Shown piece after piece: positions 25,480 to 37,938 of a DNA stretch of 64,000 nucleotides. The position numbers and the translations under genes were made by a program. Numbering within the stretch: the first letter of the stretch is position 1; each line of letters begins with the position of its first letter. Source of the stretch: Callorhinchus milii (taxonomy: Eukaryota); the NCBI RefSeq assembly GCF_018977255.1, contig NW_024704742.1, positions 41,852,001-41,916,000 of the forward strand, read 5' to 3'. Under the pieces are notes generated by a model. It made no database searches and was not told the origin of the DNA. It worked only from the letters and a program-made list of their open reading frames with translations.

Positions 25480-25985
25480 AGCTTTCAACTCATATAGTCT
25501 ACGCTGACACTCCAGTACATTACTGGGGTTGAGCTGCATTGTCAGAAGTGCCATCCTTTGGATGAGACATTAAACCAAGGTCCCATCTGCCAGTTCAGGT
25601 GGATGATAAAGATTCCATGGCACTATTCCAAAACAGAAGGGAGTTTATCCCAGTGTCTTAGTCAACCATTCCCCCAAACAAAATTGATCCCAGCTCTTAT
25701 GGGAAGTCCTCCCGATGTGAAAGGTTTTTTTCAAATGTAATTTGTTGTTGTATCATTGATGTGATGCCTATTTATGGGATATTGCAATGTGCTTATAAAA
25801 TACATTCCCTACACATAGAGTTATATAGAGTGTTATGGCACAGAAAGAGGCCATTTGGCCCAAATAGTCTTTGCTGTTGTTTATATTCGACAGGAGCCCC
25901 CACCCCTCACATGCACTTTGACAAGCATTTTGCGACATCCTCCTGACATGAAAGGTGCTGTATAAAGTGCAAGGATTGTTATTAT
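25480..25985 (+). mobile_element. Deu-type SINE carrying a nested L2 tail (~25690-25751, +) and a CR1 tail (~25815-25895, -)
   Basis: Deu core GGATGAGACATTAAACCAAGGTCCCATCTGCCAGTTCAGGTGGATG. The insert GTCCTCCCGATGTGAAAGG...TTGTTGTTG lies between two ATC copies. The CR1 tail is GGCACAGAAAGAGGCCATTTGGCCCA. Confidence 0.8.
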
Positions 25986-26499
25986 TTTACTACAATAAGA
26001 CAATGTAACAGAAAATACAATGGTGTTGCCAGTCATTTTGGCATCACACTCCACCAGCTCGTTATTCTGTGCTATGTACTGTAACTTTAAAGGGTGCTCA
26101 CTAACCCTCTAAACACTGAATTGAAGGCCTACAATTGAAGTGGGGGTAAATTCAGAACAAATCTATGCAAACACTATTTCAGTGAGGCGCACCCACTGGG
26201 TAGCCCACAGGGGCAACCAAAACTGACTGAAATAAACGTCAGGGTACAGAAGGACGCTCGAGATGTAACCAAAGAGTGTCCCAAAAATGTATGTACGGCA
26301 AACATGTCCACATACGATGCACATCGGCAAGTGTGCCTTATCAGGGTGTGTGCGGGCGCGCACATGTATGGGGTGCACACATCGGCGACTCCTGAGTGTC
26401 TTAAAGGGCAAGTCCCAAAAAACGTGTGCACAACCGATGTGCGGTGAAGGAATGTACCATAAACAACAGAATTTTTTTTGTATCAGGAGATACACAATC

Positions 26500-26712
26500 T
26501 CTTGTGTGGAACAGGCTCCCTAGGGAGATGGTTGAAGCAGGAAGTTTTGATTGTTTCAAAAACAGATTAAATAGTTTTCTGTTCAAAAATAACATTATGG
26601 GATATAGTACAAAGGTTTTTCGGGACATATGTGCAAGCGACCGCCAGGAAGGTGGAAGGCGAACTAGACGGACCTTGGTCTTTATTCGTCCAGCATTTCT
26701 TATGTTCTTATG
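26500..26712 (+). mobile_element. CR1 LINE 3' end
   Basis: Translation VWNRLPREMVEAGSFDCFKNRLNSFL...IMGY. It terminates in the TTCTTATGTTCTTATG octamer repeat typical of CR1. Confidence 0.88.
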
Positions 26713-27659
26713 AATATCCTTGACATTTTACAATCACACAAAAATTTCCAAAATGGATTCTACAATAATTTCCTAAAGAAACTACACAAATTTTAGTCAT
26801 ATAATTGATATATTTATACTAACTCTGTTGTACTGCTCATAGGGTTAAACACGGTTACAGATTTAAAGGTGCTCTACAGATTACAGGAAATCATTATTCA
26901 TTGTTTTCAAAAATAATTAGTTCTATTGTTTGCACAACCTTTAGCAGCTGCCAGAGTTAAACTTAAGCAGCAGCAATAATGCATGATGAATTTCTTGAAG
27001 GTATGCAGTCATTTTAAAGAGGAAGGATCATAACACGTTCATTATCACAAGATTGTACTGTACAATAAATGTAATTGGTTATTACTGAAAATGGTACCTT
27101 TCCAAATCTAAGTAGAGAACCAGTGTTTATGTAGTAACCCGGTAACTCCAGGAGGTGGGTGAATGCCTCCCACCCAGATGGTTATAAGATCAAGTCAGAG
27201 GGCTGCCTATCACTTGAACTGAATTGGGAGGAAGTTACCCTTGGCAATCTTACCAAACTTCTGGATGGAGCCTCACACAGAAACAATACATTCAATCTTC
27301 GATAATCCAAAATTGGCCCAAAAACTGAGCTTCCATTACAGTCTGGCTGTAGGAGGATAAAGAGTGGAAAGAATCCCAGAAGGGAAAATATCTAAGTGCT
27401 TATTCATGATCATTTGAATCAATTTTCTATTACTCATTGCAATTTGCATTCTTTAAAATGTTCTGATAGAAGATAGATGCCACAATCCTTGTTCCAGTTT
27501 TTATTTCACAAATAACATTGAAAAAACCTTAACCTCAAGAAAGTAACCGATAGAAAAGTAAAGAACTTGCATTTTGTAGTGCCTCAAAAATAGTTACGTT
27601 CAATGTAATGACTGTTTTTGTTGGCCAACCATTAGCATCAACAAGGTCTTATAATAAAA

Positions 27660-28235
27660 CAATAATAATAATCCTTGCATTTGATATAGGGCTTTTCGCA
27701 TCTTCTAGACATCTCAAAGAGTTTCACAGAATATACTGTAAAGTAAATTGACTGGATATATTTGTGTCTTGCACGAGGAATTAATCTGGACAATTATTGA
27801 GCAGGACACAAGGAGAAACACTTATCTCAGTTCTAAAAATATCTTTAACATCCTCTGAAAAGATGGACACAACCTCTAATGTCTCATTCCAAAGATTGCA
27901 TCTTTGAAAAGGCAGCATTCTAGCCAATATTGCATCAACCAGTTCTATATCAAACCCTCTACCTGACTCCCTCCTCACCTGTCTTCAAATCGCATCTGAA
28001 GACCTTCTTCTTCGAACCTGTCTATGGTCAACTCTTCCCTCTCCCCACTCAGTATCAAGCTCCATTACTGTTAAGCATTCCAGGATGCTGCCCTGTGTGA
28101 AGGGCACTATAGAAATGCAAGTTGTTGTTGTATCAAACTAGATTGAACTCAATTCCTGAACCATCTGACCCAGAAACAAGATTGTTACCTACTGAAATGT
28201 CTCCTGTAAGAAAATAGGCATAGACACATGCAATT
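27660..28235. mobile_element. SINE tail (27660-27770 -), old Deu-SINE pieces (-), and L2 type-B 3' end (27960-28130 +)
   Basis: AATAATAATAATCCTTGCATTTGATATAGG...; ATCTTTAACATCC...TAATGTCTCATTCCAAAG; CTTCAAATCGCATCTGAAGACCTTCTTCTTCG...GAAGGGCACTATAGAAATGCAAGTTGTTGTTG. Confidence 0.72.
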
Positions 28236-28835
28236 CCTACAGTTGAAGTAAACAAGTCTGAGGAAAAGGCATCCCAGGACTTGCAATCTTCTGCCTCGAA
28301 TTCAAGCACTGTTATTATGGCATTCGACAGGTAATCCGCTCGCTTGACATTTTTTGTACTAAAAAATTAAATAAATAAAATAAGCCAGCACTAAACTTTA
28401 AAAAGCCTTTACCAAACTTAAAGAAGGACATTTTAGCATATAACCTGATATTTAATGATACTATCGTAATTTCTTTGGAAATGGTTGGCATCTGGTTAAA
28501 GCAGCAGGATTGTGCAGATCAAATTTAGATTTAACAATCAAGATTAACTTGGTTTCAGAGTTATTTTAGTTTACACCCAATTTTGTTTCACTAGCGCCAG
28601 TGATTCATTCTAACATAAAAATCTGCAGTGCTGTAATTTACTATAACAGCGCTGCCTGCATTTTATCAATCTGCGAAGTCCAGCATATTAAAGATGATAA
28701 TTTGAGAGCAGATTGCTGAAAGATAATGGGTTCCTCCTTTCCCTTAGTATGTCATTTTCACTTCTGTTTTATATCAGCAAGCACTACATTCGATTTCATT
28801 ACTGAGTGGGCAGCAACAGGTAGCCTTTACTACCC

Positions 28836-29940
28836 ACCACCTGCTGCCTCAATCCCCTCCCCCACCCAGCTTCTGGTCGCTCAACTCCCCCGCCTCTGCA
28901 CACTGCTGGCTGACGCAATCAAATATTCCCTCTCCTCAGGCTCTGTCCCACCAACCCCCCCTCCCCCTCAAAACCGCTGTCATCTGTCGTTTTCTTAAAA
29001 AAACACCCTCGATCTCTCCAACCTCACAAACTTCAGACCCATCTCAAACCTGCCTTCACCTCTACCCTCCTCTCCCTCTCCCTCTGGCACATTGCGCTCC
29101 GGGATGCTACCCTACATGAAGGGTGCTATATGAACGCCAGCTGTTGTTGTCCATGGATGCACTCTACATCTCACAAAGCCAATATGGATTCTTGGCGTTC
29201 TGCTCGACCCTCAACTTTCCTTCATACCCCACAACAGTGCCATGATCTGCCTTTCCCCACCTGCGCAACAGCACCCGGCTCCGCCACTGTCTCACATCGC
29301 AGGCCGCCGAAACCCTCATACACGCATTCATAGCATCAAGGCTCGACTGCGCAGAATCCCTGCTTGTCGGCCTCTCCAACTCCTCCCTCCATAGGCTGCA
29401 GATCATCCAGAACTCTGTAGCCCATGACCTCTCTTCTGCAGCCCATGTCCATGTCAGCCTCCACAACCCTATTACCCTCGTCCTGCCTGACTACACTGAC
29501 TTCCAATCACATAGAGGATACAGTTCAAGATCTTGGTCCTCAGTTTCAAAATCCTCCATGGCCTTGCTCTGCCTAACTCTGCAACCTCCTAACCCCTTAT
29601 CAACCTGCCCGCTCCCTCCACCCAGCGGGGTTCGGCCTGCATTACGTTCCCTCCCTCACCCACCCCACTATTGGCCAGTGAGCCTTCAGCCACTCTGCCC
29701 CCATCCTCTGGAACTCCATCCCACAGTTCCTCCTCCTCTCTCCCTCACTCGCCTCCTTCAAGACCCATCTCAAGTCCCTCCTCTTTGACCGTGCCTTCGA
29801 TGATCCTTCTTTCGCCCCTGCCCTCCACCCTCCCCGACCCCCAGCTCGGTTGCGAAACACTGATTGTCCAGCACCTTCAGATGTCCTCCCGATGTGAAAG
29901 GTGCTATACAAATGTAATTTTGTTTTGTTTTTGTTTTGTT
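28836..29940 (+). mobile_element. L2 LINE with internal deletion: RT N-terminal remnant (28836-29058), nested type-B tail (~29085-29150), C-terminus and type-A tail (29180-29940)
   Basis: Frameshifted PTQLL...IKYSLSSGSVP...KTAVI...TLD...NFRPISNLP, followed by AETLIHAFIASRLDCAESLLVGL...LHRLQIIQNS. Tail ATGTCCTCCCGATGTGAAAGGTGCTATACAAATGTAATTTTGTT. Confidence 0.88.
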
Positions 29941-32399
29941 GTAAAGCTACTCTTGAATCAGATGCTTGTAGATAAATGGGATTGGGACAGATTGACTCCT
30001 TTACACTCTGGAGAAACACAATGTGAGGAAATAGAGAGACTCACAGAGAGATAGTTTTTTTACACCTCTAGAAAGCACTGCGGGTACTTACCAGAGCATT
30101 CAGGATTTACCATGAGCTCTTTTGTATAATGTCAAAAGAAAAAGCAATTGTCTTGTAACCTCTGAAAAATACTATAATAATCCACAATATTGTAATTCTC
30201 CTGATAGATAGTATCAAGTATATTTATCTTAATACATCTTCATAACAAGTTGTAAAATCATGCGACTGTACTGATGATCAGAACTTTAGAACTAGTTGCT
30301 ACAGCTTCTCCATTCAGCTAACCTTTCATAACATTTATTTGAGGATGAAGCAAGGTTGATATACAAGTATCAAGGGAACAAGTTAAATAACTGGGTTGAG
30401 GTAATGTGGAAGACAATAAAGTACCATCAAAGAAAACAATTATCTCTTCTTAAACTTCAAAGTGAACCAAGAGAGGGGATGAGAGAAATGGAAGCAAATT
30501 TAGAACAGGTATCTGAAAATAATGTTTTATCAAGAGTTTTAAATGTTTGGCATAATCTACCATGCAACAATAACAACTTGCATATACATAGTGCACCTCA
30601 CGTAGAATAAGGGCTCAGAGCAGTTCACAGAGTTGGTGGTGGATGGAGGAGGGAGAGGTATGGATGAAGAGGTAGGCTTTTAGATGGATAAAGAGGAGAG
30701 ACAGCCAAAAAGTAGAAGCAAAACTATTGGAGTTATTTAAAGTATAATAAGATGCCATAATGGAAGGGTTAATATTAATTTGGCAAACATTGCCAAATAT
30801 AAACTTGTAGGGCAAGCTTCATTGGGCTAAAGGACCTTTCCTCAAATAACTTTTCTCATGTTCTGAAAAACATGTGCTGTAGATTTGGTTTCTATATGCT
30901 TTTTCATGATGTATCTTTGCTGTTGAATGCTGCAAGGTAAACCTCAGTTTGAAAGGTTTTATTGAAGTTTTGTTACTTATTCTTATACTATATACTTATA
31001 CTTATGTGGCCAACATTGGCAGCATTTATGGCTTATCCCTAGTTTCCCCGATAAAGTGGTGGTGAGCCCTCTCTTTAAGAAACATTGGAGAATTGTTCCC
31101 CAAGCGAGCCAATAATGTACATGAAAAATAGTCTCTTGGGCGAGGTACCAGATTGTCCCTGCAACCTGTGGACCACAGCCAGCATTTGAATGTCTTTGGA
31201 GAGCAAAGATAAGAAAGAAAATTAAAGAGAAAAAAATCATTGGAGAAATATATATATTATTATTATTATATTAATCGGTTGGTACTTGGGCAATTGAGAA
31301 ACATCAAAATGCAGACTTATAGGATAATTTAATATTCTGTATAGAATTTCTTATAGTTGTGTTGTATTTAAAGTCACTGAAATAGAATCTCTCCTTAAAA
31401 TTCCAGCAATCGTATTTGCAATCTGAGGGCAAGAATATAAACTGCTGGGAGGAAAGCTGATTGACCCTACACCTGATATATATTACCGTCACTGAGCCAT
31501 GAAGGGAACAAACAAGTCTTTCCATTGTATTGCCCAATATACGATTGGGCTGTTATCTGTAACTGGTGTAAGTTGACACACATGGAAACAATAAGCGGGG
31601 CAATTTTACAGTAAGCAAGTTCACTGATAAGTTTTGCATGAGGTGATTGTGACTGTGGCAAATGGTCAGCCTTTTCGATTCTGGCACGATTAAAAATCAT
31701 GTTCAATATGGTTTACAACCTCTCTCTTGTTTTCTAAATAAAAGAATAAATACATAGAATTGGTTTAAAAACTGGATTTAAACAGAATGTATTTTGTTTA
31801 TTGCATACAGAGAATTTTATTATTTATAATACAAATGTTAAGCTCCAGTCAAAGGAAATTACAACTGCTTAGTACCCTTTCTTCTTCTTGCAAGTCTGCA
31901 AGTACTTAACATATAATAGTCAAACAGTATTTTAAATGAGGATTAGTGACCCCCAACTCAAAGTGAACTAAATCCATCTTAAATGTCTTTTGAATGGCTG
32001 CAACAACTTGCATTATTTAATTTTACCATAGATTGCAGAAACTGGACAATATTTGAAATGCAAATGCAGGGATTAGAATATTAATTATTTATCAGGATCT
32101 GTAAAACATTTTATGTTGCAAGGTTGATTCTGGGGTTAGAGATTCACGTGGTTGAGCAATACTTTAAAACTTAGCGCTACCGGTCAATTATGGGGACTAT
32201 GTTTGGACTATCAGGAAGTCCTATGCCCATTTACCAGTGTACAGGAAATGACAATATACCCATTAAGAATGCCTTGGTGTTTTGGATGATATTAATGACA
32301 TATTCTGATGTTTAACTAAGATGACCAATTTTGCCAATGGCATTACATTAATGTATTCTTCTCAATGGACACATTGAAACTCTGCAGTCTAATATGTAG

Positions 32400-33025
32400 T
32401 ATTACCTCCGCCACATTGCCGTTCGACCATACTTTACCCCAGACACAGCCGAAACACTCAACCTTGCATTCGTTGCCTTCCAATTTGACTTCTCAAATGC
32501 CTACTTTGCTGATCTCCCCAGCTCACCCTTCACAGGATCCAGCTGATCCAAAACTCCATCTCCCACATACTGACCCATACTAAACTCCATACCCCACCAC
32601 ACCAGTTCCAGCCAGGATGCACTGGTTTCACATCACTGAATGGATCAATTTCAAGATCCTCACACTTGTTTTTAAATCCCTTCATGGCACCTTGCTACCC
32701 TCTCTGACCTGCTTACCCCTCCAACCCACAAATTGCCGCCTCCTCTCGACCAGCTCTGGCCTTCTGCATGTCCCCGTTGCCCTGTGCTCCCCCATCGGTG
32801 ACCACACTTTCAGCCACTATGCTCCAAAACTCTGGAACAATCTTCTTCTATCCGTCCACCTTGCCCCTTCCTTTCCCATCATCAGGTTGCGCCTGAAGAC
32901 CTTCCTACTCGACTGTGCCTACGGTCACCTCCCCCTCACCCTGGCTCGGCATTGTGCTCCGCAACTGTCAAGCGCTCTGGGACCCTACCTTGCATGAGGG
33001 GTGCTATATAAATACAAGTTGTTGT
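32400..33025 (+). mobile_element. L2 LINE 3' portion (tail type B)
   Basis: ORF 32617-32997 HWFHITEWINFKILTLVFKSLHG...TFSHYAPKLWNNL...RLKTFLLDCAYG. Tail AGCGCTCTGGGACCCTACCTTGCATGAGGGGTGCTATATAAATACAAGTTGTTG. Confidence 0.9.
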
Positions 33026-33060
33026 AATATTTACCAGGATTCCTGAAAGAAGATCCGGTT

Positions 33061-33127
33061 ATAATAATAATCATAATAATAATAATCCTTGTATTTGATA
33101 TTGCGCTTTTCATGTCTTCTAGATGTC
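33061..33127 (-). mobile_element. SINE 3' tail truncated at an L2 junction
   Basis: (AAT)n CCTTGTATTTGATATTGCGCTTTTCATGTCTTCTAGATGTC, then an abrupt switch to C-rich L2-like sequence. Confidence 0.8.
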
Positions 33128-34771
33128 CCGCCTCCTATCTCTGCTTGACCCCCCCACTGCCTAGCTCTGCTCCACCCTGGGAATCCTCCGCCAGACTCAT
33201 CATGGCACTTGGCTGTTCAGCAGCAGCCACACCAACTGCCCCATTCCCCACAACCGCCGCAAGCCACCCCGGACCCTGACCCCGGGAGCTCCCCTCTCCT
33301 CCCTCATCCGCATCATATCCAGGGCATCGCTTGCTTTATCCCCCTATTCCACCGGCTCATTCCCCTCCTTCGAACACCTTACCCTCTGCCATCCCTCCCA
33401 CCTCACTCTGAAAATTCTCTTACTCTTACGCCCCCCAAAATCCTCTCCCAACTTCATCTCTGACGGAAATTGCTCTGGTCAAGGTTACAAATGATATCCT
33501 GACCATGTGTGACCAGGGCTCCCTCTGCCTCCTCGTCCTCCTCGACCTCTCTGCCCGTTTGACACTGTGGACCATTCAATCCTCCTCCACTACCTCTCCT
33601 CCCACCTCAAACTTCAAGGTTCTGTCCTTGACTGGTTCAGGTCCTACCTTTCACACCGCCTCCACTTCGTCGTGGCAAACGGTTTCTCCTCCAGCCCCCA
33701 CACTGTCTCATGCGGTGTTCCTCAGGGCTCTGTCCGCGGTCCCCTCCTCTTCACCCTCTACATGCTCCCCCTTGGTGACATCATCTGCAGACATGGGGTA
33801 AATTTCCACATGTATGTGGATGATACCTGGCTCTACCTCTCTACCTCCACCCTCAACTCCAGGACTACTGACGTCCTGACCGACTGCCTGTCCGACATCA
33901 AGTCCTGGACGAGGGCCAACTTTCTCCAACTCAACGTCAGCAAGACCGAGGCCCTCCTGATTGGCTTGCGCCAGCGCCTCCGCACCTCAGGCGCTGGCAG
34001 CATCACTCAACCTCACTAATCCAGTCAGGAACCAGGGTATCTCGTTTGACCCTGAATTGTCCTTTCTCCCCCACATCGGCCCCATGACCAGCACTGCCTA
34101 CACCGCTTCCGCAACATTGCCAGACTCCGCCACTGCCTCACCCCTCAGGCTGCCGAAACCCTCACCCACGCATTCATCACCCCAAGGCTTCATTACAGGA
34201 ACTCCCTTCTCATTGGCCTTCCCAACTCTTCCCTTCATAAGCTGCAGATCATCCAAAACTCTGCAGTTCGTGTACTCTCACGCACCAGGCTCTGTGACTC
34301 CATCACTCCCACCCTCGCCCGACTCCACTGGCTCCCCATCCCCCAGAGGATCGAGTTCAAGTTCCTCGTCTTCACTTTCAAGGCCATCCATGGCCTTGCC
34401 CCCTCCTACCTCTCTGACCTGCTGACTCCCTACCAGCCTACCCGCTCCTTCCGTTCATCAGGCTCCAGCCTGCTCCATGTCTCCCGCCCAACCCACCCTA
34501 CCATCAGTGGCCGGGCTTTCAGCCTCTCTGCCCCCACACTCTGGAACTCCATCCCACAGTCCCTTCACCTCGCTTCCTCTTTCGCATCCTTCAAGGCTGG
34601 TCTCAAGACCCTTCTCTCCCACCGTGCCTTCAGTCTCCCTCCCACCCCTCTGCCTTTCCTCACCCATACACCACCCCTCCCCCATGCTCAGGCCGTGACA
34701 TCTGACTGTTCAGCGCTTTGGGACGTCCTCTCGACGTGAAAGGCACTCTATAAATATAATTTTGTTGTTGT
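33128..34771 (+). mobile_element. L2 LINE, ~1.6 kb, with frameshifted reverse transcriptase remnant
   Basis: From 33465: [80 protein letters not shown], then the C-terminus and the type-A tail. 33128-33460 is assigned only by its C-rich composition. Confidence 0.93.
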
Positions 34772-35344
34772 GGTGGTTAACTTTAAATTTAAAACCAATA
34801 TAAAAATCAGTGCAAGTATTTTCATGACAATCTTGCGTATCATTTATAAATAAAATAGATATATTCTTACAAATACATTTTTTGCATAACAGTTGTATAG
34901 CATAATACCGGACCATACTGAAACATATCAATGATTAAAATACAAACTTACGTGTTATAATAATTTGTGATATTTTATTAATTTGCTTTGGGAGCCACCA
35001 ACATTCCAAGAATCTCCAACAGGGTGGTATTCCGGGTTCAGGATCTGCCTCAATCAGAGAAGAACTGGATGCTGGCCCAAGAAGCCCTGAGGAAAGGCCA
35101 TCAGATGGCTAGAAGGAGCAATGACAATGTCCCGGTGTAGAGAAGAGCTGGTTCCTAATCAGTGTGGAGAGCAGACGGTCTGTGGAGCCAGCCTGCTCTG
35201 CCAACTGTACTCAGCCAGATTGCATAACATCATTCAATGTGACCTTGGTATTGTGCATCGAGGTGTAACTGGACTGCACACTGACATGAGCAGTTTCAAT
35301 TGCTTCTTGTATCATTTCTAACATCAGGAGGTGCTACTATCAAT

Positions 35345-35730
35345 AGGAATAATAACCCTTACATTTGATATAGGGCCTTATCACATCTCAAGACATCTCA
35401 AAATGCTTCACAGTATACAGTGTGAAGTGATACAGATTTATTTTGTAGGTAAACATGACGGCGAATTTGTGACAGCAATGTCCCACAAATAGCCTTGTAG
35501 TGAATGGACAATTTGGGGGTTTATTGGCCAGCACACCAGATGAAACTCCCTATTTTTTAAAATAGTGCCATGGGATCTTTAATGTCCACCTGAAGAGGCA
35601 ACGGGACTTCGGTTTAACATCTCGTATAAAGGACGGCACCTCCAACAATGCAGCACTACATTGTAGTGTCAACATCGACTACATGAGTTCCAAGCCCTGA
35701 CATGCAGCTTGAACCCACAACCTTCTCAGA
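35345..35730 (-). mobile_element. Deu-type SINE, near full length
   Basis: Runs from the tail to ATAGTGCCATGGGATCTTTAATGTCCACCTGAAGAGGCAACGGGACTTCGGTTTAACATCTCG, with B-box-containing head GCTTGAACCCACAACCTTCT. Confidence 0.87.
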
Positions 35731-36503
35731 GGTAAGAGACAGGCTAAATTCAGTCAACAGCAAATGGTTAACAGAAAAGGTGCTTTATACTCATTGTAAT
35801 AATCCTTACATTATCCTTACATTTGATATAGTGTCTTTCATATCAGGAAGACATCTCAAAGTGCATCATAGGATTTACTGTAAATTATAGTGACTGTGTA
35901 TTTTTTGTGTATTTGCTTGCCGAAACAATTTATTTTTATCTAAATTTTTTTTGTCATTTAGATTTTCATCTTTCAATTTGCTCTGTTAAAGGTGCCGTCT
36001 CTTGCTGGAGTACAATTCCATGGGTACCATCTGTCCTCCAGTTCCTTAGAGCATAAGACCTTAAGACGTAGGAGCAGGAGTAGGCCATACGGCCCCTCAA
36101 GCCTGCTCCGCCATTTAATAAGATCATGGCTGATCTTCTATCCTAATTCCATTTACCCACCCTATCCCCATATCCCTTATTCCCTTTATCCTTTAGAAAT
36201 CTATCAATCTCAGTCTTGAATATTTTCAAGGACTGAGCATCCACAGCCTTCAGGGGTAGAAAATTCTTTACTACTCTCTGAGTGAAGAAATGTTTCCTCA
36301 ACTCAGTTCGAAAAGGCTGACCCCTAGTTTTAGATTCTCCAACCAGGGGAAACAGCCTCTCGGCATCTACCCTGTCAAGACCCTTAAGAATCTTATAGGT
36401 TTCTATAAGATTACCTCTATTTCTTTTATATTCTAGAGAACATAGGCCTAGTTTATTCAACCTCTCCTCATAGGTCAACCCCCTCATTCCAGAAACCAAC
36501 CTA

Positions 36504-37505
36504 ATAATAATGATCCTTGCATTTGATACAGTGCTTTTCACGTCTTCCAGACATCAGGCGCTGACAGTATCAGCATCCAAGGCTGCACTCTCCACCTCTC
36601 AAAGCCAGTCAGGAACCTCAGTGTTCTGTTCAACCCTGAGCTGTCCTTTCTCCTCGCCGGCCATCCCGGCACCTCCATCCACAAGCTACAGGTCATTCAG
36701 AACTCTGCAGCTTGTGTACTGTCCCGCACCAGGCTTCGCGACCACATCACTCCCACCCTCGCTCGCCTCCACTGGCTCCCCATCCCCCAGAGGATCGAAT
36801 TCAAGATCCTCATCCTCACCTACAAGGCCATTCACGGCCTTGCTCCCTCCTACCTCTCCGACCTACTATCCCCCGTACCTACCTGCCCATACCCTCCGTT
36901 CCTCTGGCTCCGGTCTGCTCCACATCCCCCGCCCCAACCGCCCTACCATCAGTGGCCGGGCCTTCAGCCTCTCAGCCCCTAGGCTTTGGAACTCCATCCC
37001 CCAGTGCCTTCGCCTTGCCTCCTCCCTTTCCTCCTTCAAGGCCGGTCTCAAGACCTTTCTCTTTGACCGTACCTTCAGCTCCCCTCTCGACTATCTACCC
37101 CCTACTCGCTCCCTCCCTTCCCTCCCCTCACCCTGACTATTTCCCCCCGGCTCAGGTCCTGACCCAACTGTACAGCGCCTTGGGACGTCCTCCCGACGTG
37201 AAAGGCGCTCTATAAATGCAATCTTGTTGTTGTTGTTGTTGTCCCAAAGCGCTTCACAGAATATACTGTAAAGTGAATTGACTATATATTTGTGGGCGAA
37301 CGCGGCAGCCAATTGCGCACAGCAATGTCCCACAAACAGTCGTAGATTGAAAATGACCATTTTATTATTGTTTTTTGTTTTGGAGGGATTATTATTAGGT
37401 GTGTGGAGTAAGGAAACTTGCCCAAGGTTTCGCCCTCTGCCTGGAATTGAACTCAGGTCTCTCGCTTGCAAAGCGAGTGCTCTAACCACTGAGCTACAAG
37501 ACTCC
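36504..37505 (-). mobile_element. tRNA-Ala-derived SINE (SINE2-1_CM-like) inserted in the CR1 and split by an L2 (pieces 36504-36555 and ~37241-37505)
   Basis: AACCTA is duplicated at 36498-36503 and 37506-37511. The head has A box TAGCTCAGTGG, anticodon arm CTCGC-TTTGCAA-GCGAG and B box GTTCAATTCC. Confidence 0.93.
36556..37240 (+). mobile_element. L2 LINE 3' portion (tail type A), young, nested in the SINE
   Basis: ORF2 C-terminus TLRSSGSGLLHIPRPNRPTISGRAFSLSAPRLWNSIPQCLRLASSLSSFKAGLKTFLF. CpG-intact tail followed by (TTG)6. Confidence 0.94.
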
Positions 37506-37938
37506 AACCTAGTGAATCTACGGAGACCAAAACTGCACACAATATTCGAGGTGCGGTTTCACCAAGGCCTTACACAACTGCATCAAGATTTCCCTACTCT
37601 TGTACTCCAACCCTTTTGCAATAAACACCAACATAGCATTAGCCTTCCTAGTTGCTTGCTGTACCTGCATACTAACTTTTTGTGACTGGTGTACAAGGAC
37701 ACCCAAATCCCTCTGAACACTAACACCACCTAGTAGTCTCTCCTCCTCTAGAAAATAATCCGCTTTTCTATTTTTACTACCTCGGTGAATAACTTCATCC
37801 TTCCCCATGTTATATTCCATTTGCCACATTCTTGCCCACTCACCTAGCCTGTCTATTTCCCTTTGCATTCTTCGTGTTTCATCCTCACAGCTTACTCTCC
37901 CAGCTAGTTTCGTATCGTCCACGAATTTAGATATATTA

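Noticed and set aside
35005..35140. Frame RISNRVVFRVQDLPQ...ALR resembling a Tx1/L1 C-terminus
   Set aside because: Only a few residues of resemblance, with no zinc-knuckle or poly(A) support.
37433..37505. tRNA-Ala(TGC)-like cloverleaf (also at 7855-7925 and 19350-19416)
   Set aside because: It is the head of a SINE. It continues into the SINE body and tail and lacks a proper acceptor stem and terminator.
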